Shown: in pieces, positions 1 through 9,408 of the stretch
Layout: every line of letters starts with the position of its first letter
Position numbering within the stretch: position 1 is the stretch's first letter
Sequence record: SRR31156797_7399
Strand: one strand, 5' to 3'
DNA length: 36,653 nucleotides
The notes under the pieces: model-generated
Seen by the model: the letters and a program-made list of their open reading frames with translations, nothing else
Told to the model about the DNA's origin: nothing
The model's database searches: none
Made by a program: the position numbers and the translations under genes

Positions 1-29
1 GCTGCTCTAGCCAACTGAGCTATATTGGC
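1..29 (-). tRNA. 5' part of a tRNA (probably tRNA-Thr), truncated by window edge
   Basis: Reverse complement GCCAATATAGCTCAGTTGGCTAGAGCAGC gives acceptor stem 5' strand, TA, D-arm GCTC-AGTTGGCTA-GAGC and the start of the anticodon stem. The anticodon lies outside the window, so Thr is inferred only from resemblance. Confidence 0.85.
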
Positions 30-33
30 GGGT

Positions 34-129
34 GGGTAAGCTACCTCTATCGCACCGCTCAACCATCTACCCTTGCTGCCGTCAGGCCCTGGGGGAATTC
101 AATAGGAGCTGGTCGTACAGGACTTACCC
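34..129 (-). ncRNA. ffs: Bacterial small SRP RNA (4.5S)
   Basis: About 96-nt long hairpin closed by GGGTAAG/CTTACCC. The apical region on the minus strand reads CCAGG-GCC-TGAC-GGC-AGCAAGG, the helix-8 CAGG...AGCA motif with a URRC tetraloop. Confidence 0.9.
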
Positions 130-144
130 GTGCTTTAGCGGATG

Positions 145-152
145 CAAAAGTA
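145..152 (-). promoter_or_regulatory. Bacteroidota sigma-A -7 element (TACTTTTG) for the ffs-tRNA transcript
   Basis: CAAAAGTA on + strand equals the TAnnTTTG consensus on - strand, about 15 nt upstream of the SRP RNA. Confidence 0.7.
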
Positions 153-340
153 GAAAAAAACATATACCCGCCAAGCAAAAATGACAAAAAAATGCACTTT
201 TTTTTCGCCTTATTTTTTAATCGCTTTGTTATCAATAAGTTGTTTTTGTATTATTTTTTCATGTTTTTTCGATGGGTGTTTGTCGTACGCTGAAACGCTA
301 TTTTTTTTCAAGGAAAGTTATGTACCCTATTTTTAAATTT

Positions 341-348
341 TATCTTTG
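341..348 (+). promoter_or_regulatory. -7 element (TATCTTTG) for the DUF4199-GT2-methyltransferase operon
   Basis: Exact TAnnTTTG 34 nt before ATG 383. Confidence 0.7.
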
Positions 349-382
349 ACAGAATTCTAATCTTAACTCTTAAATTTTTATT

Positions 383-904
383 ATGGAACAACCAGCATCA
401 AAATCATCAACCATTTATTCTTATGGCCTGTACTTAGGTTTAGCTTCTATTGTATTTGGGTTAATTACATATTATGGAGGTTTATTGGGTAATAAAGGCT
501 TTGGTTACCTGGGCTATGTAATTGTTATTGTATTTATTGTACTTGGATTATTGCATTATAAAAATAATGTCAATAATGGAGTCCTAGGATATGGACAAGG
601 CGTTGGCTTGGGTACATTAATTTCTCTTGTCGGCTCAGTTATTTCAAGTGTATTTACATATGTGTTTTTTGAATTTATTGATCCGGCAAAGCATCAGGAG
701 TTGTTGGCTATTGTTCAGGAGCAACAAATGCAGGCAGGTTTATCAGAAGCTCAACTAGAGCAGGCAGAAGGGATTATGAGTGCCATGATGAGCCCATTGG
801 CATTAGCTATTCTTGGAATCATTAGTGGAGTAATTGGAGGGGTGATTTTATCTCTAATTATCTCGGCTATTCTTAAAAAAGATCCGGAAATATCTTTTGA
901 GTAA
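383..904 (+). CDS. DUF4199 family membrane protein
   Basis: Four hydrophobic segments, a YGQGVGLG...FIDP pattern and a basic C-terminus (ILKKDP). Adjacent to a GT2 gene, as is typical in Bacteroidota. Confidence 0.8.
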   Translation: MEQPASKSSTIYSYGLYLGLASIVFGLITYYGGLLGNKGFGYLGYVIVIVFIVLGLLHYKNNVNNGVLGYGQGVGLGTLISLVGSVISSVFTYVFFEFIDPAKHQELLAIVQEQQMQAGLSEAQLEQAEGIMSAMMSPLALAILGIISGVIGGVILSLIISAILKKDPEISFE

Positions 905-923
905 TTAGAAACAAAAATTGAGA

Positions 924-1874
924 ATGAATTTATCTGTAGTTATACCATTATATAACGAAGAAGAGTCGTTAATTGAATTACATAAATGGATTAGGGGAGT
1001 ATTAACTCCCCTTGGTCTTTCATATGAGGTTATATTTGTAGATGATGGAAGTACTGATACTTCATGGCAAGTGGTGGAAGGATTGGCCAATGAATTTAGT
1101 GAAGTAAGAGGGCTGAAGTTCAGACGTAACTATGGAAAATCTGCTGCTTTGTATAGTGGTTTTGAGGCTGCTCAGGGAGAAGTGGTGGTAACCATGGATG
1201 CCGATTTACAGGATAATCCTGATGAGTTACCAGAGCTGTATCGATTGATTAAGGAAGAAGGTTTTGACTTGGTTAGTGGCTGGAAAAAGAAAAGGCATGA
1301 TCCGCTTGGAAAAACCGTTCCGAGTAAGTTATTTAATAAAACAGCGCGTTGGATATCCGGTATCAAACTACACGATTTTAACTGCGGTTTAAAAGCATAC
1401 CGCAAAGAGGTAATTAAAAGTATTGAGGTATATGGTGAAATGCATCGTTATATTCCAATACTAGCTAAGAGAAATGGTTTTGATAAGATCGGTGAAAAAA
1501 TAGTTATCCATAATGAAAGAAAATACGGTGTCTCAAAATTTGGGATAGAGCGTTTTCTTAAAGGATTTTTAGATCTTTTGTCGGTTACCTTTATTTCAAA
1601 ATTCGGAAAACGACCGATGCATTTATTTGGTAGTTTGGGTACATTAATGTTTACGGTTGGTTTTTTTGCATCGCTATATTTGGGAATACACAAGTTGTAT
1701 TGTGTTTATAACCATATTCAGGAGGCATTGGTTACATCAAGTCCATACTTTTATATTGCCTTAACTTGTATGATTATAGGAACACAGCTATTTTTAGCTG
1801 GCTTTTTGGCAGAACTTGTTTCTCGTAATAATCCCGAAAGAAATCAATATCAGATAGAAAAAACCTTGAATTAG
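924..1874 (+). CDS. Glycosyltransferase family 2 (ArnC/GtrB/DPM1-like)
   Basis: SVVIPLYNEE, VDDGSTD, RNYGKSAA, MDADLQD, DFNCGLKAY motifs and two C-terminal TM helices. ATG at 924 (TTG at 918 also possible). Confidence 0.92.
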   Translation: MNLSVVIPLYNEEESLIELHKWIRGVLTPLGLSYEVIFVDDGSTDTSWQVVEGLANEFSEVRGLKFRRNYGKSAALYSGFEAAQGEVVVTMDADLQDNPDELPELYRLIKEEGFDLVSGWKKKRHDPLGKTVPSKLFNKTARWISGIKLHDFNCGLKAYRKEVIKSIEVYGEMHRYIPILAKRNGFDKIGEKIVIHNERKYGVSKFGIERFLKGFLDLLSVTFISKFGKRPMHLFGSLGTLMFTVGFFASLYLGIHKLYCVYNHIQEALVTSSPYFYIALTCMIIGTQLFLAGFLAELVSRNNPERNQYQIEKTLN

Positions 1875-1877
1875 CAT

Positions 1878-2627
1878 ATGATGTCCTTTTACGGTGCCAT
1901 AGTTAAAGCTTACGATGAAATTTTTCCACTGAATAAAACACAGGCTGATCTAATAGAAAACCTATTAGGTAATCTGTCAGGTAAAAGAATATTGGATTGT
2001 GGGTGTGGTACGGGTAATTTAGCTATAGAACTCGGACGAAGAAGTGCTTTTGTGGAGGCTTTTGATTTGGATAAAGACATGTTACAAAAAGCCGAAGAAA
2101 AATGTCCGCAAGCCATTAATGTAAAGTTTCGAGAGGGAAATCTTAAGACCATTGATAAGGATTATTCTGAATCTACCTTTGATTTGGTATACTGTATTGG
2201 TAATACCTTAGCGCATCTGGATGACTTAGGTTCGATATCTTCTTTTTTTCGACAAGCAGAAAAACTACTTAAACCTGGCGGGCATATTCTTATACAAATC
2301 GTTAATTACGATAGGGTTCAATCTAAGCACATTGTTCAATTACCAACAATAGAATCTTCTCATTACATTTTTGAACGAAATTATATTCATGAACCACATG
2401 GTGTAATTCAATTTTCAACATCATTAACTGTAAAGAACGAAGAAAAGGTATATACGCAAAGTGTTCCTTTAATTTCTATACAAAAACAGGATTTAAATAC
2501 GATGATGTCTGAAGGATTTGAAGGACTGCATTTTTATGGTTCATTCAAAAAAGAGGAGTGGAATGAAGATATCTTTCATACGGTGGTAATAGCAAAAAAA
2601 AGCACCGGACGAAAGTGTAAACCGTGA
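1878..2627 (+). CDS. Class I SAM-dependent methyltransferase
   Basis: ILDCGCGTG motif I, FDLVYCIGNTLAHL, LKPGG. Confidence 0.88.
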   Translation: MMSFYGAIVKAYDEIFPLNKTQADLIENLLGNLSGKRILDCGCGTGNLAIELGRRSAFVEAFDLDKDMLQKAEEKCPQAINVKFREGNLKTIDKDYSESTFDLVYCIGNTLAHLDDLGSISSFFRQAEKLLKPGGHILIQIVNYDRVQSKHIVQLPTIESSHYIFERNYIHEPHGVIQFSTSLTVKNEEKVYTQSVPLISIQKQDLNTMMSEGFEGLHFYGSFKKEEWNEDIFHTVVIAKKSTGRKCKP

Positions 2628-2668
2628 ATATTAGTTAAGAATAAAAAAGCCCGGTGCTCTATTTTTTT
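2594..2668. terminator. Possible bidirectional terminator between convergent methyltransferase and miaA
   Basis: AGCACCGG (2601-2608) / CCGGTGCT (2651-2658) inverted repeat flanked by A and T runs. The 42-nt loop is unusually long. Confidence 0.35.
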
Positions 2669-3558
2669 AGTTCTATAAAATTAATGATTTTATCCGTATC
2701 AAAGGGCGAAAACCACTGAATTTCTTTGTCTCGTTTAAACCAGGTAAGTTGTTTCTTGGCATATCTGCGCGAATTTCTTTTAACCAGTTCTATGCCCTTA
2801 TCTAAATCATATTCTCCATCAAATGCGGCAAACAGTTCCTTATAGCCAACAGTGTTTAATGAATTGAGGTTTTTGTTTGGGTAAAACTCTTTGGCTTCTT
2901 CAATTAATCCTTGCTCAAGCATTATGTCAACACGTTTATTAATTCTCTCGTAAATTTCCTCTCGCGGTAATTCCAAGCCAATTTTTATGATGTTGAAAGG
3001 TCGTTTTTTTACAGAGTTGGTTCTTAATGAACTATAAGACTTGCCGGTCATAAGGCAGATTTCAACAGCATGAATTACCCTTTTGTGGTTTTTAAGATCT
3101 ACCTGATCATAAAACTCTGGGTCAAGTTGTTTGAGTTGTCTTTGTATCGTTTCAATACCTTCTCTGTCGTATTGTTTCTTTAGGTTGTCTCTTAATTCCT
3201 GATCGATAGTTGGGAGCTCATCAATACCTTTACAAACGGCATCAATGTACATCATAGAACCTCCAGTTAAAACCACTACATCATGGTTGGTAAAAAGTTC
3301 CGAACATAATTTGAGTGCATCTTGTTCAAATTCCCATGCGCTGTAGTAATCGTGTATAGAATGTGATGCAATGTTGTGATGTTTGGCCGCATTTAATTCT
3401 TCCTCGCTTGGTGTGGCAGTACCGATTTTTAATTCCTTAAAAATTTGCCTGGAATCAGCAGATATAATTTCTGTATCAAAATAATTAGCAACCTTAATAC
3501 TGGTTGAAGTTTTTCCAATGCCGGTAGGGCCAATTATAACAACAAGAGTTTTAGACAT
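2659..3558 (-). CDS. miaA: tRNA (adenosine-37-N6)-dimethylallyltransferase
   Basis: GPTGIGKT P-loop, ISADSRQIF, TGGSMMY, TVGYKE, RRYAKKQLTW. Confidence 0.97.
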   Translation of the reverse strand: MSKTLVVIIGPTGIGKTSTSIKVANYFDTEIISADSRQIFKELKIGTATPSEEELNAAKHHNIASHSIHDYYSAWEFEQDALKLCSELFTNHDVVVLTGGSMMYIDAVCKGIDELPTIDQELRDNLKKQYDREGIETIQRQLKQLDPEFYDQVDLKNHKRVIHAVEICLMTGKSYSSLRTNSVKKRPFNIIKIGLELPREEIYERINKRVDIMLEQGLIEEAKEFYPNKNLNSLNTVGYKELFAAFDGEYDLDKGIELVKRNSRRYAKKQLTWFKRDKEIQWFSPFDTDKIINFIELKK

Positions 3559-3571
3559 TTTAATTTATCTC

Positions 3572-4114
3572 TTATAAATCCTCTAAATCATCGGTGTATG
3601 ATATCATGGGATCGTTATCAAAATCGGTATCTGAAAAATCGTACGGATCATCTTCCAGGTAGTCCACGTTTTTGTCTGCTGGCATATCAGCTTCTCCTAA
3701 TAATTCACTTAAATCTAATTGAGAAGGTGCTTCTCCTAAAGATTTAGTACAAAGAGGTTCTGGGCAAGGTGAATTTGAAATCTCAAAAGTCTCTATAAAC
3801 AGATTTCTTTCATTAAAAAAATCAAATACATAGATAAAACGTTGCTTTTCTTCTTTTATAAATTGATTTAAAGAAGTGTCGCTCATGATAAATGAATTAC
3901 TGCTTTCATCCATGGCCATATCAATCAGGGTAATTTCCTCATTTTTATGCCATTCTTCATCAGTAATAAAAAAGGATGCCATCTGTCCTTCATCAAAGTT
4001 TAGTGTTTCCTGGATGAAGTTATGTAGCTCAAGAAAAGTGGCTTCACCGCTTATTTCAATCTCCCTTAAAAAATTCTCGTCTTCTCCTGAAATGATTCTT
4101 AATTTTATGGTCAT
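3572..4114 (-). CDS. pRiA4b ORF-3-like family protein with acidic tail
   Basis: FLREIEI...TFLELHNFI...SFF...W...EITL...YVFDFF pattern. Start moved to ATG 4114 because the TTG at 4141 lies inside the -7 promoter element. Confidence 0.75.
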   Translation of the reverse strand: MTIKLRIISGEDENFLREIEISGEATFLELHNFIQETLNFDEGQMASFFITDEEWHKNEEITLIDMAMDESSNSFIMSDTSLNQFIKEEKQRFIYVFDFFNERNLFIETFEISNSPCPEPLCTKSLGEAPSQLDLSELLGEADMPADKNVDYLEDDPYDFSDTDFDNDPMISYTDDLEDL

Positions 4115-4138
4115 CTTTTGTGTTTTTAAAAAGGACGG

Positions 4139-4146
4139 CAAATATA
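4139..4146 (-). promoter_or_regulatory. -7 element (TATATTTG) for the ORF3-like gene and miaA
   Basis: CAAATATA on + strand. Confidence 0.65.
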
Positions 4147-4298
4147 GTAATTCACCGTTTAATTTTCATGACAAACAAAAATGCTTGCCCAATGTTTATT
4201 GTTTTATTGGATTTAGTAAGATTGATAACAGTGCTATAACGTAAGTTGAAGCAAAAGGTTATGTAGTTATTTAGATGTGTTGTAATTAATTATCATTT

Positions 4299-4751
4299 AT
4301 GAAGTATATATTATTAAGTACGGTTTTAGTTGTATTGTTATGGGGTTGTAATCAACAGGCTCAAAATAAAAATAATGAGGAGAAAGAAACAAAATATGCT
4401 TCCCCTCAATCTTCTATTTCGGTTCATCCAGATCGTTATGAGAATGGTAAACTGGTTTATACAAAACATTGTAAAGTTTGTCATCAGGCAAATAGAAAAG
4501 GAATTCCTAAGATTTATCCTCCTTTAAAAAATACGGAAAAAGTGAAAGGGGATAAAGATTTTTTAATTGAAGTAGTTTTAAATGGAATGAATGAAGAAAT
4601 TATTGTAGAAGGAATAAAATATAAAGGCATGATGGCTTCTTATAGAAATTTAAGCGATCAGGAAATTGCGGATGTTTTAAATTATATAAGAAAAGATAGT
4701 GATGCTAAAAGTGATTTGATTTTAGCATCAGATGTAAAAAGAAAGAGGTAG
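4299..4751 (+). CDS. Monoheme cytochrome c lipoprotein
   Basis: Lipobox LLWGC, CKVCH heme motif, GIPKIYPPL, distal Met in KGMMASY, LSDQEIADVLNYI. Confidence 0.88.
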   Translation: MKYILLSTVLVVLLWGCNQQAQNKNNEEKETKYASPQSSISVHPDRYENGKLVYTKHCKVCHQANRKGIPKIYPPLKNTEKVKGDKDFLIEVVLNGMNEEIIVEGIKYKGMMASYRNLSDQEIADVLNYIRKDSDAKSDLILASDVKRKR

Positions 4752-4814
4752 TCAAATGCGTTTTTATTTGCACCACTGAGTTTTTTATTATTTTTTTACC
4801 TCAAAATTTATAAA

Positions 4815-6056
4815 ATGGCAAAAAAACAAGGATTTACTACTTCATCTATACATACCCCTTTCCCTAAAAGTGATGCGTATAATGCGTTGCATATGCCTGT
4901 TTACGACGGAGTTGCATATGAATTTGAGTCTGCACAAGATATTGAAGATTCATTTACTGGAAAACAGATAGCCCACGCATATAGTAGGACTTCTAATCCA
5001 ACGGTAGAACATTTTGAAAATAAATTAAAGGCTATTACCGGAGCGCATTCGGTGGTGGCATTGTCAGCAGGTATGGCTGCTATTTCAAATGCGTTTTTGG
5101 CACTTGTAGAAAGAGGCGGAAATATAGTCTCTTCCAATCATTTGTTTGGCCATACATATGCCTTACTTAAAAGTACAATTCAGCAATGGGGTATCGAGGT
5201 TCGGTTTGTTGATATGTCAGATTTAAATGCCGTAAAGGAAGCTGTGGATGAAAATACCCGTGTGTTGTTTTTTGAGACCATAACAAATCCACAATTAGAG
5301 GTGTTAGATATTAAGGAGTTATCTGATTTCGCACATTCAAAGGATATTGTTTTAGTGGCTGATACAACAGTAACGCCTCCTTATGTTTTCGATTCTTCAA
5401 AATTTGGAGTGGATATAGAGGTGATGTCTACAACTAAATTTATTTCCGGTGGTGCCGCAGCAGTTGGTGGTGCTGTTGTTGATAATGGTACATTTGATTG
5501 GAAAAAGCTACCTGCCTTGCAAAGTTGGGAGGAGAAATTCAATAAAAATGCTTTTGTGGCCAGAATCCGAAAAGAGATATTCCGCCACTTAGGAGGTTGT
5601 ATGACTGCACATACAGCACATTTTTTAAATCTAGGTTTAGATATTTTAGCCTTAAGAGTGGATCGCTGTGTAGATAATTGTTTAAAATTAGGAGAGTTCT
5701 TTCAGAATAATACAAAAATAAAAGGTGTTAATTATCCGGGATTAAAGGATTCACCGAGTTATGAATTGTCTAAGCAACAGTTTTCGGGAAAACCGGGTGC
5801 TATCATGACAATTGATCTTGAATCGCACGAAAAATGCTATTCGTTTTTAGATGCGCTTCAAATTGTAAGAAGAGCAACGAATTTAAATGATAATAAATCC
5901 TTAATTATTCATCCGTGGTCAACGATCTATTCAGAGTTTAGTGATGAGGAAAAAATTGGGATGGGTATACGCGATACGATGTTAAGACTGTCTGTTGGAA
6001 TTGAAGATGTGGAAGATCTGATTGCTGACTTTGAACAGGCTTTAAATCATGTTTAA
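4815..6056 (+). CDS. O-acyl-homoserine sulfhydrylase-like PLP enzyme (Cys/Met metabolism, MetZ/MetY family)
   Basis: YSRTSNPT, SAGMAAI, ETITNP, STTK (PLP lysine), KSLIIHP, LRLSVGIED. Confidence 0.88.
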   Translation: MAKKQGFTTSSIHTPFPKSDAYNALHMPVYDGVAYEFESAQDIEDSFTGKQIAHAYSRTSNPTVEHFENKLKAITGAHSVVALSAGMAAISNAFLALVERGGNIVSSNHLFGHTYALLKSTIQQWGIEVRFVDMSDLNAVKEAVDENTRVLFFETITNPQLEVLDIKELSDFAHSKDIVLVADTTVTPPYVFDSSKFGVDIEVMSTTKFISGGAAAVGGAVVDNGTFDWKKLPALQSWEEKFNKNAFVARIRKEIFRHLGGCMTAHTAHFLNLGLDILALRVDRCVDNCLKLGEFFQNNTKIKGVNYPGLKDSPSYELSKQQFSGKPGAIMTIDLESHEKCYSFLDALQIVRRATNLNDNKSLIIHPWSTIYSEFSDEEKIGMGIRDTMLRLSVGIEDVEDLIADFEQALNHV

Positions 6057-7236
6057 ACAATCGCGAGGTTTTTTTAGGAGACTTTGTTTGGTTAGTATTC
6101 TTTTCATTAATGTGTTGTTCGTAAAAGGTCAGAATGACTCAATCTATTCAGATAATGTACCCGGAGTTCTGCAGAAAATGGTTGGTTTGGCGGATTGGGG
6201 TGTAGATTTACTAACTTTTGAAAAGGGGAATTGTACTCTTTTTATTATGCCTTTAGTTGGCTATGAAGAACGAACGCAGCTGGAGTATGGAGTTATGCCT
6301 GTATTGCAGATTTATAGTAAAGCTAATAGCTCCCTAAATAGTAAATTTAAACGTCCTTCGAGTATTGCGCCATCTATTTTATTCTCAACTACCGGAATGT
6401 ATGAGCTAGACTTAAGTTCAAACATATATATAAAGGATAAGTGGAATATAAAAGGAAAGTGGCTGTATCAGTGGATGCCTGATAAGTTTTATCAGATAGG
6501 TAATTTAACAGATAAAAATAACTATTCGGATATAGAAGTCAGTAAATTTGAATTTACCGGGCAGATCTTAAAAAATATCGGAACTAAGTGGTTTGTTGGA
6601 TTAAGTTATGATTTTGCCAATTATGAAGTTGATCAAGTGTCAGGTACATTATTGGATGTATTTTCTCCTAAAACGGTGAAAGGAAATATTGGAGGAATAG
6701 GTGGGACAATTATTTATGATTCCAGAGATAATATTAGTTATCCTAGTGAAGGAAGTTATGCAGAGGTGCAGAATTTGCACTATTTAAATGTTTTTGGATA
6801 CTCTTCGTTCGGGAAAATGAGTTTTGATTTTAGAAAGTTTTATCGTTTTCTAAACTCCAAAAGAATTCTTGCTTTGCAGTTGAAAATGCAGCATGCATGG
6901 GGTGATGTTCCGTTCTATCGCTTATCTTTTTTGGGAGGTAAGCGTTTGTTTAGAAGTGTTGCTCAACCTTATAAGTATATGGATAAAAGTAGTGTTTATA
7001 TGCAAGTGGCTTATCGTTCCCATATTTGGTGGCGATTAGGAGGAGAGTTGTTTTCTGGAGTAGGAAATGTATTCTCTCAATGGAATGATGATGTTTTTAA
7101 GAAGGTGCATGGCTTATTGGGAGCCGGACTTAGAGTTAAGGTTTTGGAAAACGATGGGTTAAATTTAAGGTTTGATTATGGCGTTTCTAACTATGGTAAC
7201 TCAGCTTTTTATTTTACACTAGGAGAGGCGTTTTAA
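6049..7236 (+). CDS. Omp85/BamA-TamA family outer-membrane beta-barrel without POTRA domains
   Basis: Signal peptide, YDSRDN..YPSEG, GDVPFY..LGG, GAGLR, NLRFDYG and C-terminal TLGEAF. Overlaps the upstream stop by 8 nt. Confidence 0.8.
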   Translation: MFKQSRGFFRRLCLVSILFINVLFVKGQNDSIYSDNVPGVLQKMVGLADWGVDLLTFEKGNCTLFIMPLVGYEERTQLEYGVMPVLQIYSKANSSLNSKFKRPSSIAPSILFSTTGMYELDLSSNIYIKDKWNIKGKWLYQWMPDKFYQIGNLTDKNNYSDIEVSKFEFTGQILKNIGTKWFVGLSYDFANYEVDQVSGTLLDVFSPKTVKGNIGGIGGTIIYDSRDNISYPSEGSYAEVQNLHYLNVFGYSSFGKMSFDFRKFYRFLNSKRILALQLKMQHAWGDVPFYRLSFLGGKRLFRSVAQPYKYMDKSSVYMQVAYRSHIWWRLGGELFSGVGNVFSQWNDDVFKKVHGLLGAGLRVKVLENDGLNLRFDYGVSNYGNSAFYFTLGEAF

Positions 7237-7383
7237 TTAAAATTACTGCCAATACATATCGAGTTGGTAGGTTATAATTGTGTTGATTTTCGTTCTTTTC
7301 AAAGAATACATTGAACTATTACCGTTAAACGGGAGTTTATCCCTTAGAGGCTTAATGTGTTTCAACGAATAAACAAATAGAAT

Positions 7384-7812
7384 ATGAAATTTTCAAAGAA
7401 AACAGAATATGGTTTAAGGTTTTTACTCGCTCTTGCAGAATTAAGTGAGGGGAGGTTTATGGGAATTTATCAAATTTCGTTAAGACACCAGATACCTATG
7501 AAATTTTTGGAAGCTATTGCTGTAGCTCTAAAAAAAGCCGGATTTTTAGATGTGAAAAAAGGAGCTGGAGGTGGTTATCGTTTGAGATTCAGACCAAGTG
7601 AAATAACCCTTTTAATGGTTTTTGAATGTCTTGAGGATGCCTATAAAAGAGAGCTGGATATTTCAGGAGATATATCAAGTAATCAAAAAGCTGTGGCTTT
7701 GGTATTGAATGAATCTATTGCTGGTGTCAGAGAAGTTTTAGCAGAAAAAACGCTGGCCGATATACAAAAGCAATATAAAGACTTGAATGAAAGTTTAATG
7801 TATTATATATAA
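7384..7812 (+). CDS. Rrf2 family transcriptional regulator, CymR-like
   Basis: SKKTEYGLR and KGAGGGYRL wing. Only one Cys, so no IscR Fe-S ligand set. C-terminal LMYYI resembles CymR MFYI. Confidence 0.88.
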   Translation: MKFSKKTEYGLRFLLALAELSEGRFMGIYQISLRHQIPMKFLEAIAVALKKAGFLDVKKGAGGGYRLRFRPSEITLLMVFECLEDAYKRELDISGDISSNQKAVALVLNESIAGVREVLAEKTLADIQKQYKDLNESLMYYI

Positions 7813-7837
7813 TATGTATTAGTTATTAAGTATCGGT

Positions 7838-8953
7838 TTAAACTTTAAATATTCGTATGTTTTCTATTAGTTTAGATGATTGTTTTGAGAGTTGAACTGA
7901 ATTTCCAGACATTTCATCTGCCAATTTAGCATTTGATTGGGTAATTCCGTTAATGTCATTAATAGCCGAAATAATTTGTTCAGAACCAGCTTTTAATTCT
8001 TTGCTGGCTACACTAATTTCAGCCATCAAATTCATGGTTTCGTTCATGCTTGGGATCGTTTCTTCCAGATTTTTACTTACATTTTCGGAAAGAACCTGCC
8101 CATTTGATAATATTTCCTTGATCTCGTTAGATGCTTTTTGACTGTCTTCTGCTAATTTTCTTACCTCACCAGCAACAACATTAAAACCTTTACCAGCCTC
8201 TCCTGCTTGTTTAGCTTCAATTGAAGCATTTAATGCCAGTAAATTGGTTTGACTGGCAATCTCGTCAATGACCTTAATTTTCTCGTTAATTGTTTTCATT
8301 GCCTGCAATAATTCCTGTGCACTTTGATTGCTAATCTCAAGTTTTTGGTTGGTACTTTCGGTATAGCTTTTTGTTTTTTCAGAATTATTGTAAGATGAGT
8401 CTATGTTAGCATTCATTTCCTCCATGGAAGCTGATATTTCTTCAATAGCACTGGCTTGTTCGTTGTTGCCATGGGATAGATTCTGAGACATGTTATTAGT
8501 TTGCTGTCCCATAGAATCTACCTGAGAAGCAGTAGTGTTTATTGTTTTTAGAGACGTGCCAAACATGTCGTTTAGTTTGGTAATGCTAAGACTTAAATCT
8601 TTTAGTTCACCCTTGTAGTTATATTTTTCCTTTTGTTTGTGAGCACTGAAATCGCCTGAAGCAATGATGGCTGTTTTAGAAATGAGCTCTTTCATAGGCC
8701 TTCTAACCCATCTTGATATTAAAAAGAGTAAAATTGCCGTAACGGATAATCCTGAGACAAGAGCTGCAATAAATGGGTATTGATCTGGGTATGCGTAATG
8801 AATTTTACTATTCACTACCGTAAAGAAAACATTGGCTATCCAAACGATGCCAATTCTTAAGAAAATGCTTTTTTTAAATAGAATTCTTAATACAATGCTA
8901 CCAACTATAATAGCTGCAATAAATACAATAAATAAGTTTAAAAAACTTCCCAT
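7838..8953 (-). CDS. Methyl-accepting chemotaxis protein (3 TM, HAMP, signalling domain)
   Basis: [37 protein letters not shown] hairpin tip and [15 protein letters not shown] methylation helix. Start set at ATG 8953 because the ORF-track start overlaps the promoter. Confidence 0.9.
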   Translation of the reverse strand: MGSFLNLFIVFIAAIIVGSIVLRILFKKSIFLRIGIVWIANVFFTVVNSKIHYAYPDQYPFIAALVSGLSVTAILLFLISRWVRRPMKELISKTAIIASGDFSAHKQKEKYNYKGELKDLSLSITKLNDMFGTSLKTINTTASQVDSMGQQTNNMSQNLSHGNNEQASAIEEISASMEEMNANIDSSYNNSEKTKSYTESTNQKLEISNQSAQELLQAMKTINEKIKVIDEIASQTNLLALNASIEAKQAGEAGKGFNVVAGEVRKLAEDSQKASNEIKEILSNGQVLSENVSKNLEETIPSMNETMNLMAEISVASKELKAGSEQIISAINDINGITQSNAKLADEMSGNSVQLSKQSSKLIENIRIFKV

Positions 8954-9022
8954 ATTAATTAATCTCTCTCCAGTGAAATTGTAAATGTGTTCTATAACGA
9001 AGCTTGTTGTGCAAATGTTGCA

Positions 9023-9030
9023 CAAATATA
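9023..9030 (-). promoter_or_regulatory. -7 element (TATATTTG) for the MCP gene
   Basis: CAAATATA on + strand. Confidence 0.6.
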
Positions 9031-9179
9031 GATTTAATATAAGGATGAGGATTAAAATAAAAGTTAAAAATGGTTTCTTTTATATTGTGCTATAGGGTTA
9101 CTAATGAAATAATTCGCTAAATTTTAATACGATTAGCAGAAGTTAGCGCATGTGAGTAGGTATGTATTTGTGCGGTTAA

Positions 9180-9200
9180 AGCCTATTAAAAGAATAGGCT
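9180..9200. promoter_or_regulatory. Perfect palindrome, candidate Rrf2/CymR operator
   Basis: AGCCTATT-AAAAG-AATAGGCT (8-5-8) in the divergent MCP/cysK intergenic region. Confidence 0.4.
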
Positions 9201-9355
9201 ATTAAAAGGGGTGAATAATAATTTAAAAATATAGTGTTAAGTGTCATTAAATGAGAGGTTATGGTGATTTTTGTATTTGGAAATAGTATCAGAAAGCATA
9301 TGTAAATAGTATGTTATATGCAGCTTTGTCTATTGTGAGATCATTATACTTCTTC

Positions 9356-9363
9356 TATGTTTG
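9356..9363 (+). promoter_or_regulatory. -7 element (TATGTTTG) for the cysK-cysJ-cysI cluster
   Basis: Exact TAnnTTTG 45 nt before the cysK ATG. Confidence 0.7.
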
Positions 9364-9408
9364 CATCAGAATCAATTGTTAAACGAAAACAAATAAAAGC
9401 ATATAATT

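Noticed and set aside
3572-4114. pRiA4b ORF-3-like gene as a sign of a plasmid or IS element
   Set aside because: No transposase, terminal repeats or integrase nearby. It sits 13 nt upstream of miaA, like a core chromosomal gene.
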